The notes under the pieces are model-generated. The model had not been told where the DNA came from. It was given only the letters and a program-made list of their open reading frames with translations, and searched no databases. Below, in pieces: positions 51,647 to 64,000 of a stretch of 64,000 nucleotides of DNA (the stretch's first letter is position 1; each line of letters starts with the position of its first letter). The position numbers and the translations under genes were made by a program. Source of the DNA: Podarcis liolepis (Eukaryota); NCBI GenBank assembly GCA_965112155.1, contig OZ218101.1, one strand, 5' to 3'.

Positions 51647-53338
51647 ATATACAGTATATAAGGATGATTTGCTGAAAAGCTAATGCTAAAATATAACTTG
51701 GCATAATTACAGATTTAACCTAGTTTACAGTCAAGAATAAAGTGAAAATAGGAGACAGCAATGCTTGGATACATTTTGCACAGCTGAGAAATACATTGTT
51801 TGGGAAGCCTGCAGAAAAGCTGGGCTGCTTTAAACAGACAGGACTTACAACGTTACAGTTCCTATTGTGATATGAAAGGTTTACAAATAAGCAGACACTC
51901 TAAAAACCTGTCCATGTCCTTTGTTAATCACCTTAGAGACAAACTTTAATATGGCAGGGAGAGTTTCTGCTAAAGTGTTTGTGAAACTTGGGTCTGCTTT
52001 CTTCAGTGGTTGGGTTAACTCTCGGTTTAAACCAAATAATGGTGGTTTAGAGCCTGTTTACATGACAAACTGAGTGAGTTAGAAGATAAACTGAGTTAAC
52101 CCCTGGCTCTTGGGCATTTTCTTCCTCCATTGAATGCCATGGAAGAATCCTGCATAAGAGTTAAGTGTGCTTATAGTATTGAAATCCTGATGCTCAGATA
52201 GGCACATATCCCATTAAAGCTTTATACATTATAAATCTTATTACAGCAGTAGCAAATGAATATTTAAAAATACTCATATGGCCAATAAATAGTTCTTGCT
52301 ACCCCTACATTTACATAGAGGGTCCATAGCAACAAGTATAATAAAGCTATAAGCATGCCAGGCTTATTTTCTGGTAAATAAAATTAGGGATGAGAGGTGA
52401 TAAATTATGTGCAAGCCACAATTTAAGTTGAAGGAGAGTTTCCAAAATGAGAAAACATTCTTTACCCTACATAGCAGGCAATAATACTGTTCCTGGGTAT
52501 GGCTTCTCCAGCTGCAGAACCATACTAGTACCTTCCATTCTGTTGCAAACTGCATGTGCGTGGATGGCAAATAATGGCGAGAACATCTCACCCTTACACT
52601 AAATACACCCCTAACTGAGGATTTTATTACAACGCGAGTGAGAGCTAGTTTAGCAAAGATCAACGGGCTCTGCAGCTGGGGACAAGTGGTCCAGTCTACC
52701 AAGCATCCAAATGTGGAGCCCCCAATTAGTTTTGGGTGCTGGGACGCCGATACCTCATAAAAGGAGCGTTTGCTTTCCTTGGTGTGATTTCGGAGACAGA
52801 GCATTGCCAAAGCATTGCTCCCTTTTCCACTTGAAACGGGTGCTGCTTTGCTGGTGGAGTTGCTCACAAGTCACGAGGAAGAGGTGGTTTCACGCAGTAA
52901 GATGGCTGGAGATGTCCAAGCCAGCGGATCTGTCCCAGTGGGAGTGGGGGAAGCACTCTTTGGTTTGAACTGAACTTCACTGTAAAATTTCTGCTTATGA
53001 AGAACAACGGTTCATTTCCCCTTCCAAATCAGGCAGTTGTCTAGAAGATGGTACTACGCGTTGTATGTAGTTATCTGATCGTTTGGCGGCGGGGGGGGGG
53101 TACTTGTAAAAAAAGGCTGTTGAGGTGGAACAGTCAGTATGATGGGTAGTGCTTTTAACCCTTACCCCTCCCGTCCTTTTTCTGAGCAATGCTTCTATCA
53201 CACCTGGAGAGAGAGAGGTATGCCCTGTGTCGTTGTGAAGAGTGATGCACTCCAGGTTCTGGGATCCAGGGTGATTATGTCCATTTCACCAGAGCAGAAT
53301 GTTGAAAATCAAACGCCACTGCCCAGGTTTCTCTATGG

Positions 53339-53427
53339 TCAGGCACATGCTGCTTCCGATGTCCCGTTGGAAAGCTGCTGCGATGTCATTTCGCTTGTTG
53401 CCACTGGCTGGTGAGATGTCACAGGCT
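53339..53427 (-). CDS. CD80: CD80 probable last coding exon
   Basis: tttcag acceptor. KPVTSHQPVATSEMTSQQLSNGTSEAACA*. Confidence 0.6.
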
Positions 53428-56400
53428 CTGAAACGTCAATGGGTTCAGCAACATTGAACAGAAAATCTTTACCAACGTGACTAAGAATTTTTAAAATATG
53501 TCAAAGAGTGGGGGTGGGCAGAACTCCCATTAGTCATGAGGGTGGAGCATGGGTCAAAAAGTCAATAAAGAACAACAAAACTTGTTCTGAAGAAGTGTGC
53601 ATCCACACGAAAGCTCATACCAAGAACTAACTTAGTTGGTCTTTAAGGTGCTACTGGAAGGATTTTTTTTATTTTGACTATGGCAGACCAACACGGCTAC
53701 CTATCTGTAACAACAAAACATAGGCTAAGAGGCGATGACCGGTCAGGGTCACCCAGTGAGCTTCATAGCTGAGGGGGGATTTGAACTCTAGTCTCCCATG
53801 TCTTAATCCAGGGGTGGGATACTTTTGGACTTGCAGATGTCACTAAACTACAAATCCCACCATCCCAGGCCATTGGCCATGCTTGCTGGGGCTGAGGAGA
53901 GTTGCAGTTCAGCAACATCTGCAGAGGCAAAGGTTCCCCACCCCTATCCTAATCCAACACTCTAACCCATGGGTTGGCAAACTAAGGCCCAGGGGCCGGA
54001 TGTGGCCCAATTGCCTTCTGGATCCAGCCCACAGATGGTCCGGGAATGGCTGCATGGATCAGCGCAGGGATTCTGATGGTTCGGGCTGCGCCATTTCCCC
54101 CCCTCCCTCACACACACCGTGGTAGCGCCTCCTCCCTCCTGGCTTCTCCCAGCCCTGCCTAGAGGAGGAAGGGGGCTGGGCTTTGTTGATGGCTGAGCGC
54201 CGTTTTAAGCAGCCCCTCTCTGGAGCCAGCCCTTTCACGTCACTCATTGTCCCTCCGCTGCCGCCGCCAACCCCTGCCACTCCCAACGCATGGGTAAGCG
54301 ACCACCGGGTCTCATCCAGTGTTGTGGAGAAGGGAAGGGAGAGTCGGGGGGATTTTTTCCTCCAAAATATAGTCTGGCCCCCCACAAGTTCTGAGGGACA
54401 GTGGACCGGCCCCCTGCGGAAAAAGTTTGCTGACCCCTGCTCTAACCACTACACCACTCAGAACTAGCACTCTGAATTGTTCTCAGAAGTTAGAAAAAAG
54501 TTCAGACGAGCAAATACGGCCTATCAGCAGACAGAGTAGCAGAGTTCAGTAATAGCCAAAGCTTTGGAAGTTTGGGACTTATTCCACTTTGCAACTAATT
54601 TTAAGATTGCAAAGGAGTCTAAATACAAAGTAGTTTCTGAGTTTGTATTTAGATTGTAAGCCTGCAGTCACATATGTTACCTTCCACATGCCGAACTATT
54701 TGACACAGCATCTCTTGTAAATAAAATAAATAAAAATAATTTTAAACTTCATCTCTATTATCCTGCAGTATGTGTTGCTTTCCATAATACTGTTGCAGGT
54801 TCCCACTAGTGCATCACATCCATGCATGCTCTGAATAATTCATTTATAGTTGAAGAATACATTTAACCAATCCCTGATTTTTTTCAAATAAAACTGGTGC
54901 AAATTGAAATGTTTCATGGTCATTTGGTTCTGGGGTGGTAGTTGAAAATACCACTTTGTGTATATCACTAGCTTCATTGGCCTAACATTATGAAAACTGG
55001 AACTGTCTTCTTGCCTGCATACATTAGAAGAACCAGCTACTAGAATTGCCCTTTCATTCACCGAAAGGGGAACCTGAAGACAACCAATGTAACTTGCAGC
55101 CAGAGGCATTTTTAACAGGCAGTTGCCCTGAAGAACAAACTCACTGACCCCCCCAACTCCCCTCTTTCAAAGGTCAGGTTTAATTCTCAAGATTGCGTGC
55201 TAGGGGTGTGGGGAAATTCTTTTACATATTTATTTACATTGTGGAATATAGGCTAGGGAAGTTGGAGCGTTCTTAAGAAGCAGAGGGTATAATGTTTTCA
55301 GAGTGTGGCTTCATTCCCTTTTACGAAGCTGCAGCACTAAGCTTAAGGAATCTGGAGGCAACATTTTCTCAGGAAAAATGTTTGCAGACTCACAACTCAG
55401 CCACGTAACCTGGAAAAGAATATGGTCCAGCACTATGGCTCCAGTTGAATATTGGGGCTCATTCACACTTGTTTCCCAATGCACATATATTTCAGTTTGC
55501 CTTGGGATGATGGCTGCCCTCCCTCCCCACCACTTAGTGTTATTTTTTTGCTGAGCTGAAATATTCCTGGTTTGGGAGGGGTTGTGTGTTGTTGTTTTTT
55601 AAAGTATGATTTTAGCTTGTTGCTTTTAGTCCTGTAAACCTCTTACTATATTTTTTATGAATTCGCGGGCAGCACGCCAGGGAAAGGGCCCATTGCCCTA
55701 GTGGGACTAGAAATATTGTTAAATAAATAGGATTGCATCCAATGCTGGCCTTACTCAAAGTAGACCCACTGAAATTAATGAACATGATGAACTTGGGCTC
55801 ATTAATTTCAGTGGGCCTAGTCTGTACTGAGCTTAGCTGGATACAACCCATGAAAAGCAAACATTCATTTCCTAACATGGCTACAGTTTAAGTTGAGCAT
55901 GTAATGAGCCTAAGGATCTGCTTGCAATGTTTGGCCACAGCCCTGGAACATGTAAACTATGAACAATGGTTTGTTTCCAGTGGTAACCTAAGGGTTTATG
56001 AAACGATACCTATTGCATTTATATGCTGCCTTTCTTCTTGGTGGTGTGCATGGTTCTTCTACCCCTATTATTCTGGTAACAAGGCTGTGAGATAGGCTAG
56101 GCTAAGAGACAACTGATTAGAAGTCTTGACGGCTAAGTGCGGATTTTAACCTGGGTCTCTAAATTCCTAGCAGGGCGCTCAACCACACCACAGTTTCCTA
56201 CATTGGTTGGTCACAAAGGCATCGGAACTTACTGCGGCGGCGGCATCGGAGGAATGTTGGCACTATCACGAGAGCAAGGACGAGGATAACAATGGAAGCC
56301 GCTATGAAACCATGCGGAGGAGGCGGTGGAGATGAATTGGGGCACTTCCCTATTGCTGAAATGAGAGAATTGAAGATAAATCTGTGACTACACTGAAGAG

Positions 56401-59400
56401 CCCAAGGGGCACATGAGAAGCAATACTTTGGGGCACTGAGTGCCACTTATCTGAGTGGAGCACTTCCAACATTAAGTTAGTTTTCCTTTCTCCTGTTTAA
56501 ACTTGAAACCCACCTACATATGGAAATCATGGCCATCGCTTAATGTCTTACATTTCCCTCCATCTACTTGATAATATTGTAAGGATAAACAAATGGATAC
56601 CACATTCCAAGCTGAGGCACAGGAATATTTGCTGCCTGCACCCACACCCACACACCCACAGGAACATACAAATAATCCAAGACAGTGACTTGGTTTTGCA
56701 TTTCTCACTGGTTCAGCTAAATAGTTACAATGCTATCTATATTTTTTGCTAGTGTTTCTGGTACTGTTCAAGATGGAATCCATGAAAAAGCAGAAATGTC
56801 CCATCAGCTGACCAAATATTTTCAGCTGTGATGCTAAACTTCTATAGGAAGAAATAATAATAATAAAAGATACAGTGTCTTCCTAACAACACACAGCTAT
56901 TTTAGATCCAGAGATAAAGACTCGCCAAATTAATGGTCATTTGTCATTTGTAGATCTCCCTATATGGAACCAATCTCATTTGAAAAAATCTGAGGTTTAG
57001 TCCTTGTAAGTCTTCTGAATGGCTATATTTCACAAATGAGAAACACTGTCTCAGTGTATGATTGAGGGAACTTACACAAGAGGTGGTCGGTGGACACTTG
57101 TAAACCTGCATAATGTATTCGACATTGGACCAAGATATCTTCAGACACATTTTGCTGTAAGTTGCCAGTAATATTAAAACTTTCAGTGTAGTTGTCCTTT
57201 ATGGAAGTATAGGAACACCGCACTGTCTCATTATTGACCAACCAAGACATCGTAGCCTCTGGATATCCTCCATAAGAAGAACACATCAGTGTCAACTGAG
57301 CTGGGCCACAGGGATTATGTGATACATGTATGACAGGCTTCCTATAGTCAGCTAGAGGGAGGAAAAGACAGTAAGATCACAAGTTACACTTGTACATATT
57401 GAGATGTCAAACAATGTTATTGGCACTATGCTTAAGGATTGTTTTTCTACAGAAATATCAAATTTAATCTGACTTGCAGTTGAACATCAGAGTGCTCTTT
57501 AGGAAATCCCATTCATTTCAACGGGAGACACTCGTAGAGGTTCCTGCCATGGCTTGTAATCTAAATGGTGCTATATTACTAAGAGTTCTAAATTACTTTT
57601 TATGGTAAGAGTTCTTATTATAACGGGTTAATAGCATCCTTTCTCTCGGACATAATATAATGCTGGGAGATTGGGAAAGGTTATGGAAGAAAGGGGTTAA
57701 GTTTACTGCATGTACAATGTTAAAGGAAAATATTATGAAAATGATGTATAGATGGTACTTAACCCCTGTAAAATTAGCAAAGATGTATTATAATAGTGAT
57801 AATCTCTGTTGGAAGTGTAAAGAAAAAGAAGGTACCCTTTTTCATATGTGATGGACCTGTCCCAAGGTGAAAGACTTCTGGGAAAAGATTTACAATGAAT
57901 TGGGAAAAAAATATGTTGAAATATACCGGGTACATTTATTAAGAAACCGGAGGCCTTTCTTCTTGGCATAACAGGTTTGGAATTGCCCAAGAAAGATGTT
58001 AAATTATTTTTGTATGCCACAACGGCTGCTTGAATTTTACTAGCCAAGAACTGGAAAATACAAGAAGTATCAACTGTGGAAGATTGGCAGATGAAGATGA
58101 TGCACTTTTCGGAGCTAGCTGACCTTACGGGAAGAATCCGCAACCAGAAAGAAGAGGAATACCAAGAAGATTGGAAGAAATTTAAGGACTACCTGAACAA
58201 TTATTATAATATTAAAAACTAGAAATCATTTGAAAGCACCAAAGAGGCCTAGGATTAAATTAGGATTTATTAAATAAATTGGGTTTAGAATAGTAATAAA
58301 AGTGAATAAGTTAGATAATAATTGGAAATATTTTTGTTGAAGAATGATATTGGAAAGCTGTTACATACAGATACAAGGAAACTCAGAATGGAGGGATTAG
58401 AGGAAGTCAACCAATATGTAAACAAGGTTGGGTTGTAAAGGTTTAAGATTATTTTCTCCTATGTTGTGGTTTTGGTTATGTCTTTGTTGTAATGTATTGT
58501 ACTGTTTTTTCTTTTGGTATGTGTGTTTTTTTCCCTTTTTTCCTTTTCTTTTTTCTTTTTTGTTAGATTGTAAGTGTTGTAATTGTGGAAAATTCAATAA
58601 AAAAATTTGGGGGGAAAAATAGTATCCTTTCTCTCAAATTCACATTCCCCTCATAGCAACGTTGAGTAATGTTGGACCCAAGAGACTATATGTTTGTTTG
58701 TGTCTGTTAATTATTAGCATTTAAGTTAAATAAAATAACACTAAACAAATTCAAAAGCATTTATATATTTATAATTAACGCTTTTACTTGAATGAGTAAT
58801 AATATATTATTCTGGAATGAATGTTACTGTACTATTAATATCTTATCGTTATGTATACCACTGTCTTTTATAATTCATGGAGACTTTGTTTACGTCAAAT
58901 GTCAGGGTATTTAGATTTTATGTTTATTTCATATATGATGCCTTCTGAGGGCTTGACCCTAAAAGGAAGCATAAAATAATACTCTCCTGCTCGTTGTCAT
59001 ACACCTAAAGGGATATGTTTTTAGGATAACTTAAGCAATATTTAGCAGCAATAATATTGAGTGGAGAGAGCTGAGCTGGGTCAGTGGATGGAGTCGGGAA
59101 CGTAACTGGGAAGCAGAGGACCGCCAGTCACCAATGCATGTGAAAGTGTGTTTCATTTCCTATTTTCAAAAGAAGTTCTCAGCTTCCAGTTGTCAGCCAT
59201 CTTGGAACTGCTGCACAAAGCGCTTTGGCCTTCCTAGGCCTGGGGTTTGGGAAGCACTTGTGGGGAGATAAGGATTTGGCCCACTGGGCCAAAATGTCCC
59301 CATGTCCCTGCTGTAAGGCCTACTGCATGTCTAAGTCAAAAGTAGCAGTGGCTTATGGGAAGGAGACCAACCGTAAGTGGAGCCAGAGTCAATGACAGGC

Positions 59401-60031
59401 AGAGCAAGCTAATTTCACCCCCAATCTCTCCCCTCCCTGCCGCTAAATTCTATTTGGGCAACACAGACTAAGGAGGAGGAAGCTTGCAGGCAATGCCACC
59501 CATTGGGCTGGGTGTGAAGAAACAGGGAAGTTGGAGCTGGCTGAGGATAGATAGGTTGGTGGAGCAGTGCTCTATTTGCCCCAGGGAACCAGCCTCCGAC
59601 AGTAGAAAAGTGACTCAAAATGAACAGCCCCTGTCTAACACAAATGAATAGGACCCTTAAGTATTGCTTGGGTACTTGAAATCCTGTTTTGCTAGACAAG
59701 CACTTACCTGACACTGATAAATGTACCCATTTATCACCTTTGTGTTCTTCCTCCAGTAATATGATACACCTATATTTGCCTTGATCGGACACATTCACAC
59801 CGGAGATCCAAAGTGTAAGATTCTTCTCATCCATCTTTGTCCTGTTCTGGAAATGTATGTCTTTTACGGTGTTTTCTTCGCCGTTGCTGTAAGCTATCAC
59901 AACCAGGTCAGATATATCAGGGCCTACGTATTTCTGCCAGTAGATCCTGTAAGATGCCAGGGGCCGTTGCATTTTGTAGTTGCAAGGGAGTGTGGCTACA
60001 CCCCCTATTTTGGCTGTTACCGGGACAGGGT
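53339..60031 (-). CDS. CD80: T-lymphocyte costimulatory ligand CD80 (B7-1), 5'-partial
   Basis: complement join(59708-60031 IgV, 57076-57351 IgC, 56233-56355 TM, 55647-55706, 53339-53427), all phase-1 junctions in frame. VATLPC..YRIYWQK..DQGKYRC. Tail-to-tail with TIMMDC1 as in mammals. Signal-peptide exon not found in the window. Confidence 0.85.
53582..53708 (+). mobile_element. Penelope-like element end with hammerhead core
   Basis: Near-identical to 48804-48926. 11-bp TSD AACAACAAAAC (53571-53581 and 53709-53719). Confidence 0.8.
53968..54439. mobile_element. non-autonomous hAT element
   Basis: TIR CATGGGTTGGCAAACT/AGTTTGCTGACCCCTG, perfect 8-bp TSD CTCTAACC. Confidence 0.8.
55647..55706 (-). 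CDS. CD80: CD80 probable small cytoplasmic exon
   Basis: tttctag / gtaaga sites, 60 nt, phase 1-1. IPLGQWALSLACCPRIHKKY. Confidence 0.55.
56233..56355 (-). CDS. CD80: CD80 stalk/transmembrane exon
   Basis: SIGKCPNSSPPPPPHGFIAASIVILVLALVIVPTFLRCRRR, donor gtaagt. Confidence 0.85.
57076..57351 (-). CDS. CD80: CD80 IgC exon
   Basis: ADYRKPVI...LTLMCSSYGGYPEATMSWL...FNITGNL...VQCRIHY, 276 nt. Confidence 0.92.
57648..58617 (+). mobile_element. L1 LINE, 5'-truncated (ORF2 C-terminus plus 3' UTR)
   Basis: MYRWYLTPVKL...CWKCKEKEGTLFHM zinc knuckle. 18-bp TSD AATAGCATCCTTTCTCTC / AATAGTATCCTTTCTCTC. Confidence 0.88.
59708..60031 (-). CDS. CD80: CD80 IgV exon
   Basis: PVPVTAKIGGVATLPCNY...YWQK...FQNRTKMD..NLTLWISGVNVSDQGKYRC, 324 nt. 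Confidence 0.93.
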
Positions 60032-60119
60032 CTGGGGAGGAAGAAAACAAGAAACAGGATCTCGTGAAACAGATGCTTGTTCTTCAAGTCCTTCCTCACA
60101 TCTCTGCGTTGAAACAATA

Positions 60120-60464
60120 CAGTGGTGCCTCGCAAGACGAAATTAATTCGTTCCGCGAGTTTTTTCGTCTAGTGAATTTTTCGTCTTGCGAACCACGGTG
60201 TCAGAAAAGTTTTGGAAAAGCTTCAAAAATCACCAAAAACCTCAAAAAAGGCTACCACACCGCGTTCTATGAGTTGCTCCTCGAAGTCAAGTCGCAACTG
60301 TATTAACGGTGTTAAGAAAAAGGAAACAAACTTTCAAGACGTTTCCGTCTTGCGAAGCAAGCCCATAGGGAAATTTGTCTTGCGAAGCAGCTCAAAAACC
60401 GCAAAACCCTTTCGTCTAGCAGGTTTTTCGTCTTGTGAGGCATTCGTCTTGCGGGGCACCACTG
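60120..60464. mobile_element. Tc1/mariner-type MITE
   Basis: TA TSD. TIR CAGTGGTGCC/GGCACCACTG. Same family as 24891-25196, opposite orientation. Confidence 0.85.
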
Positions 60465-62904
60465 TACTTTGCAAAAAGGGAAGGGAGATTCAGATATACA
60501 ACACACACACTGGCCATCAGTCATTAATGAAACAAGGATTTCTGAAGGAGTTCAACCTACTATTAATTCCACAATCAGTTCCCATTAGTGGTGCAATAAA
60601 TTTCCCCATACTCTCCCACAAAGATACCTCTCTTTGACTTGTCAGTGACTGTTTGCAGCCTCCATTATTTCTGCTTTCTGTTTTTCCTGTCCCATTTCCC
60701 CGATTGCATGATCCCAGAATACCAGAAATTAAATGGTGAGCATGATGGTGCCACAACATGGCACAGCTTTCATATGTGATGACCTCCAAATGGGTCATTT
60801 CAGTGTGAGGAAGCTGGAGTAGCTCAGTTGGTAGACCATGGTAGGGCATAATCTCAGGGTTGAGGGATGAAGCACCACATTGAGTAAAAGTTTCCTGCAT
60901 TGCTATATGATCTTTGTGGTACCTTCCAGCTCTATGACTTTTTAGCACATTTGCCCTCATTCTGAATGGGGCAGGTAGGGGAGAGAGAGCAACACAAAGC
61001 GTGGAAGAGATCTAAGTAAGAGTAACTTGGAATTACAATATAGAACAAGTAAAGAGGGGAGCACTTTGTCACCTTTTAGCATAGTTCTCTGAAAAATTGC
61101 CAAGAGAGGGGTGTATTTTCATGGGGGAGGCGAGGGAACATTTTTTCAAAACACACACTCTTCAGCTTAGTCCTGCTTAGGAGAAAACGCCGTTATAAGG
61201 GGATTTATTGTCTGAATCATGCTTGTCTGGATGAAGGCTAAAGAGAGGTGTATGAGTGTGTGGAGAAGTCAGCCTATTGTATAAAGTCAATAGTTAACTT
61301 TGTTGTTCTGCTCGCTTTTGCCTCTAGCCTTTCCCACCACTAGAATGTGGCTCCCAAAGGGTTATCCAGAGGGAATGAAAAAGGTTCCCCAATCCTGGTT
61401 TGAATCCACTGAATGTTATTCATGAAATATCTCTGAATTGCAAACCTCTATACATCTAAATTTCAGAAGACAACATTAAAACTGGTCACATGCATCGATT
61501 CCATTGTTCTATTCCGGTTTGCCTTTTCTCCTTGAACTATTGGTTTGCATGCTTGTAGGCATTTTCCCTGCTGTCAGGACTGTTGTTGTTGTTGTTGTTG
61601 TTGTTGTTTTTTAAAAAAACCCTTCCCTAAAATAAATGAATCCAGGCTAATGTAGCTGTGTCTCTCCCCCCCCCCCCGTCTTCAGTTGTGATTTGTGTAT
61701 TGCAAGGGGTTGGACTAGATTACCAGTGGGGTCTCTTCCAACTCTACAATTCTACGATTCTATGTACATATATCATGAAATAATTTGGTACAGGCTGTGA
61801 ATAAAAGGGACGGAATCTTTTGACAAAATTACGGAGGATCTGGGGTTATATATGTAGAGAGTAGAACTAGATTTATATAATTTAATCTTTTTAATAACTA
61901 TAATAAAAAGGCAGGGTGGAAATGATAGGCAATAAATAAGTTAATAACAGTTTTCATATAGCAAAGCCCAATATAGGTTTCTGAGTTGAAACCACAGGAA
62001 TAACTTGGTAGCATTTAATTATTTATGGAATTTATGTAGTGCCCAATTAGCCACATCCCCTGGGTGGTTCACAAATTTAAAAACGATAAAATACAACTAC
62101 TATTTTCCCCCAAAACCCCCCACAAAATCATAAAAATAGTGTATAAAAATGGCACAGAAATCATCATAAAGCCATCATGAGGCAGCATAAGATGAAGAAC
62201 AATAAAAACAGCACTAAAACCCAGCCAAGGGGGAAAACAAAATACTTTAAGGAACTAAAATGTACTAGAACCATAGTTACTAAGAGAACATAATTTGCTA
62301 AAATGCAGCTGGGCTATGTTTAGAGTAAATACAGCAGAATTTGGCAACTGAAAATTGTTTGTAGAAAGGATCTGTCAAGATAGAGATTGTATAGAACTTT
62401 CCCTAACATTAGACAGAGGGAAGTGGCTGCCTCAGGTTGTGAATTTGGGGTGTGATAAAAGTTCAGCAAACGGTTCTTTATTTAATTGATCATTGCTGTG
62501 TGGTTTTTTTGCTGCCAGGAAGAAGGTGCCAAAATAATTTGCCTCAGGTGTGAAATTTGTTCAGTCTCAGGTGCCAAAATAATTTGTCTAGCATATCACC
62601 TGTACTTTGGTTATCTCCAAAATCCAGGGGCAATTTCAGACATTTAAGGTCTGGTTTCACCTTGAGGGCTCAGTCCTCTCAGCATAGGCTGCAATTCTTA
62701 CAGAGGAGCAGCACAATAGTACTGTGATTGGTGCCCAGCTCTGCCTTGGGACCTCTGAGAAGAAGGCATGTGTGGTTGCCAGTCCATTTCAGTTTTAAAT
62801 TCTGCATCTGGTTTTTTGCTTTACTTCTTACTTGTTGTTTTAACTTTTTATTCTAAAACTGCAGAGAACTTTGGTTGCTGGGTAGCATATAAATGTTGTG
62901 AAAA

Positions 62905-63158
62905 AGAAGAAGAAGAGGAGGAGGAGGAGGAGTTTGGATTTGATATCCCGCTTTATCACTACCTGAAGGAGTCTCAAAGCGGCTAACACTCTCCTTTCCC
63001 TTCCTCCCCCACAACAAACACTCTGTGAGGTGAGTGGGGCTGAGAGAAGTGTGACTGGCCCAAGGTCACCCAGCAGCTGCATGTGGAGAGGCGGAGACGC
63101 AAACACGGTTCACCAGATTACGAGACTGCCGCCCTTAACCACTACACCACACTGGCTC
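62905..63158 (-). mobile_element. tRNA-derived SINE (Squam3-like)
   Basis: - strand head GAGCCAGTGTGGTGTAGTGGTTAAG, core GGGTGACCTTGGGCCAGTCAC, (CTC)n(TTC)n tail. Confidence 0.7.
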
Positions 63159-63637
63159 ATTTAATTAATTACTAAGTAACTATTTATTTAGATAATAACT
63201 ATTTATCTAGCTAATTATTTAATGACTAAATAAAACATGACCCAATTGCATTTGGTAACCAGTTTCAGTGATCTGCCTGAAATCCCCCCAGCCCTGTGAA
63301 ACTTCTACTATTATTTACCTTTTCTTACAATTCTTACAATTCTTATCTTACTTTCTTACAATTCAGGGTGGTGGTGCTCTGTCACATCGTCCTAGAAAAT
63401 GTTATGGGGGCAGTTTCACACCACCCTAACCACACCAACAGAGGGCATCATACCAGAAAGAGACCATGGGTGTGTGGATGTCAGAAACAGAACTTGCTGT
63501 GACTTGCCTAAGGAGCTTTCTGGTTGGCAGGCTAATTTTTCCCCTCTGCCCAGAAAAGCAGAACAAAAACCTTCTGTGCAGGACAGCCGTGAGCAAGCAC
63601 ACAGTTACTGGAATTTTTTTGCTAATGTCACACTTAC

Positions 63638-63655
63638 CTTTGTCTTGCATAACAC
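63638..63655 (-). CDS. CD80: candidate 18-nt CD80 microexon (xVMQDK)
   Basis: tttcctag|GTGTTATGCAAGACAAAG|gtaagt, phase 1-1, in frame with the IgV exon. Confidence 0.45.
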
Positions 63656-64000
63656 CTAGGAAACTGCAAGTAGAATATGCTTACAGAACATAACAGTTGT
63701 AGACAAGAGGAACTATGCTGCCCGCAAACATTCAGCAAGTTCAGTTAACTCACAGTGGAGGTGTGCTGTTGCCACAAAGCAAAAATGAAAACGAAGCTGG
63801 AAACTGGAATAGACAATATACTAAATAGTCCCTGTAACTGGCCTGTGTGGGAGGCATCTCTCATTCAGCATGTGATCCTGATGAAATCGAAGGTACCAGC
63901 ACCAAAATCCTGTGCATAATTTCTCTCACTGTCTCAGTGAGAGGGACTAATCTTGTTCTCTTTTCCTGCCAGTACAAAAAAATGGGCTCAGTAACTCTAA

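Noticed and set aside
52364-52867. 167-aa - strand ORF
   Set aside because: It lies in the presumed CD80 3' UTR, with no motif or evident in-frame splice link.
59708-60031. CD86 as the identity of the B7 gene
   Set aside because: The RIYWQK motif and the tail-to-tail position next to TIMMDC1 favour CD80; phylogeny would settle it.

Overview
Vertebrate genomic DNA, most likely a squamate and probably a lacertid lizard (inferred from Sauria SINE, Bov-B and Squam-like repeats). It holds one intact single-exon olfactory receptor (- strand, 9279-10235) and the conserved POGLUT1 (+, 11 coding exons, 388 aa, ends KTEL) - TIMMDC1 (+, 7 exons, 252 aa) - CD80 (-, 5' end outside the window) block. I assembled the exons by hand from GT-AG sites; the POGLUT1 and TIMMDC1 exons join into open frames. 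The rest is dense transposable-element sequence: Bov-B/RTE, L1, L2, CR1, SINEs, hAT and Tc1/mariner MITEs, two solo LTRs and Penelope-like ends. There is one assembly gap. Most notable observations: (1) Penelope-type insertions carrying a minimal hammerhead-ribozyme core, one forming a perfect 88-bp-arm palindrome just 3' of TIMMDC1; (2) three stop/start-overlapped uORFs ahead of the POGLUT1 ATG; (3) a candidate 18-nt microexon and alternative cytoplasmic tails for CD80; (4) a 1.5-kb TSD-flanked non-autonomous L1 derivative; (5) an OR gene and a cryptic exon chain where mammals have TMEM39A. Repeat family names come from pattern recognition, not a database search.
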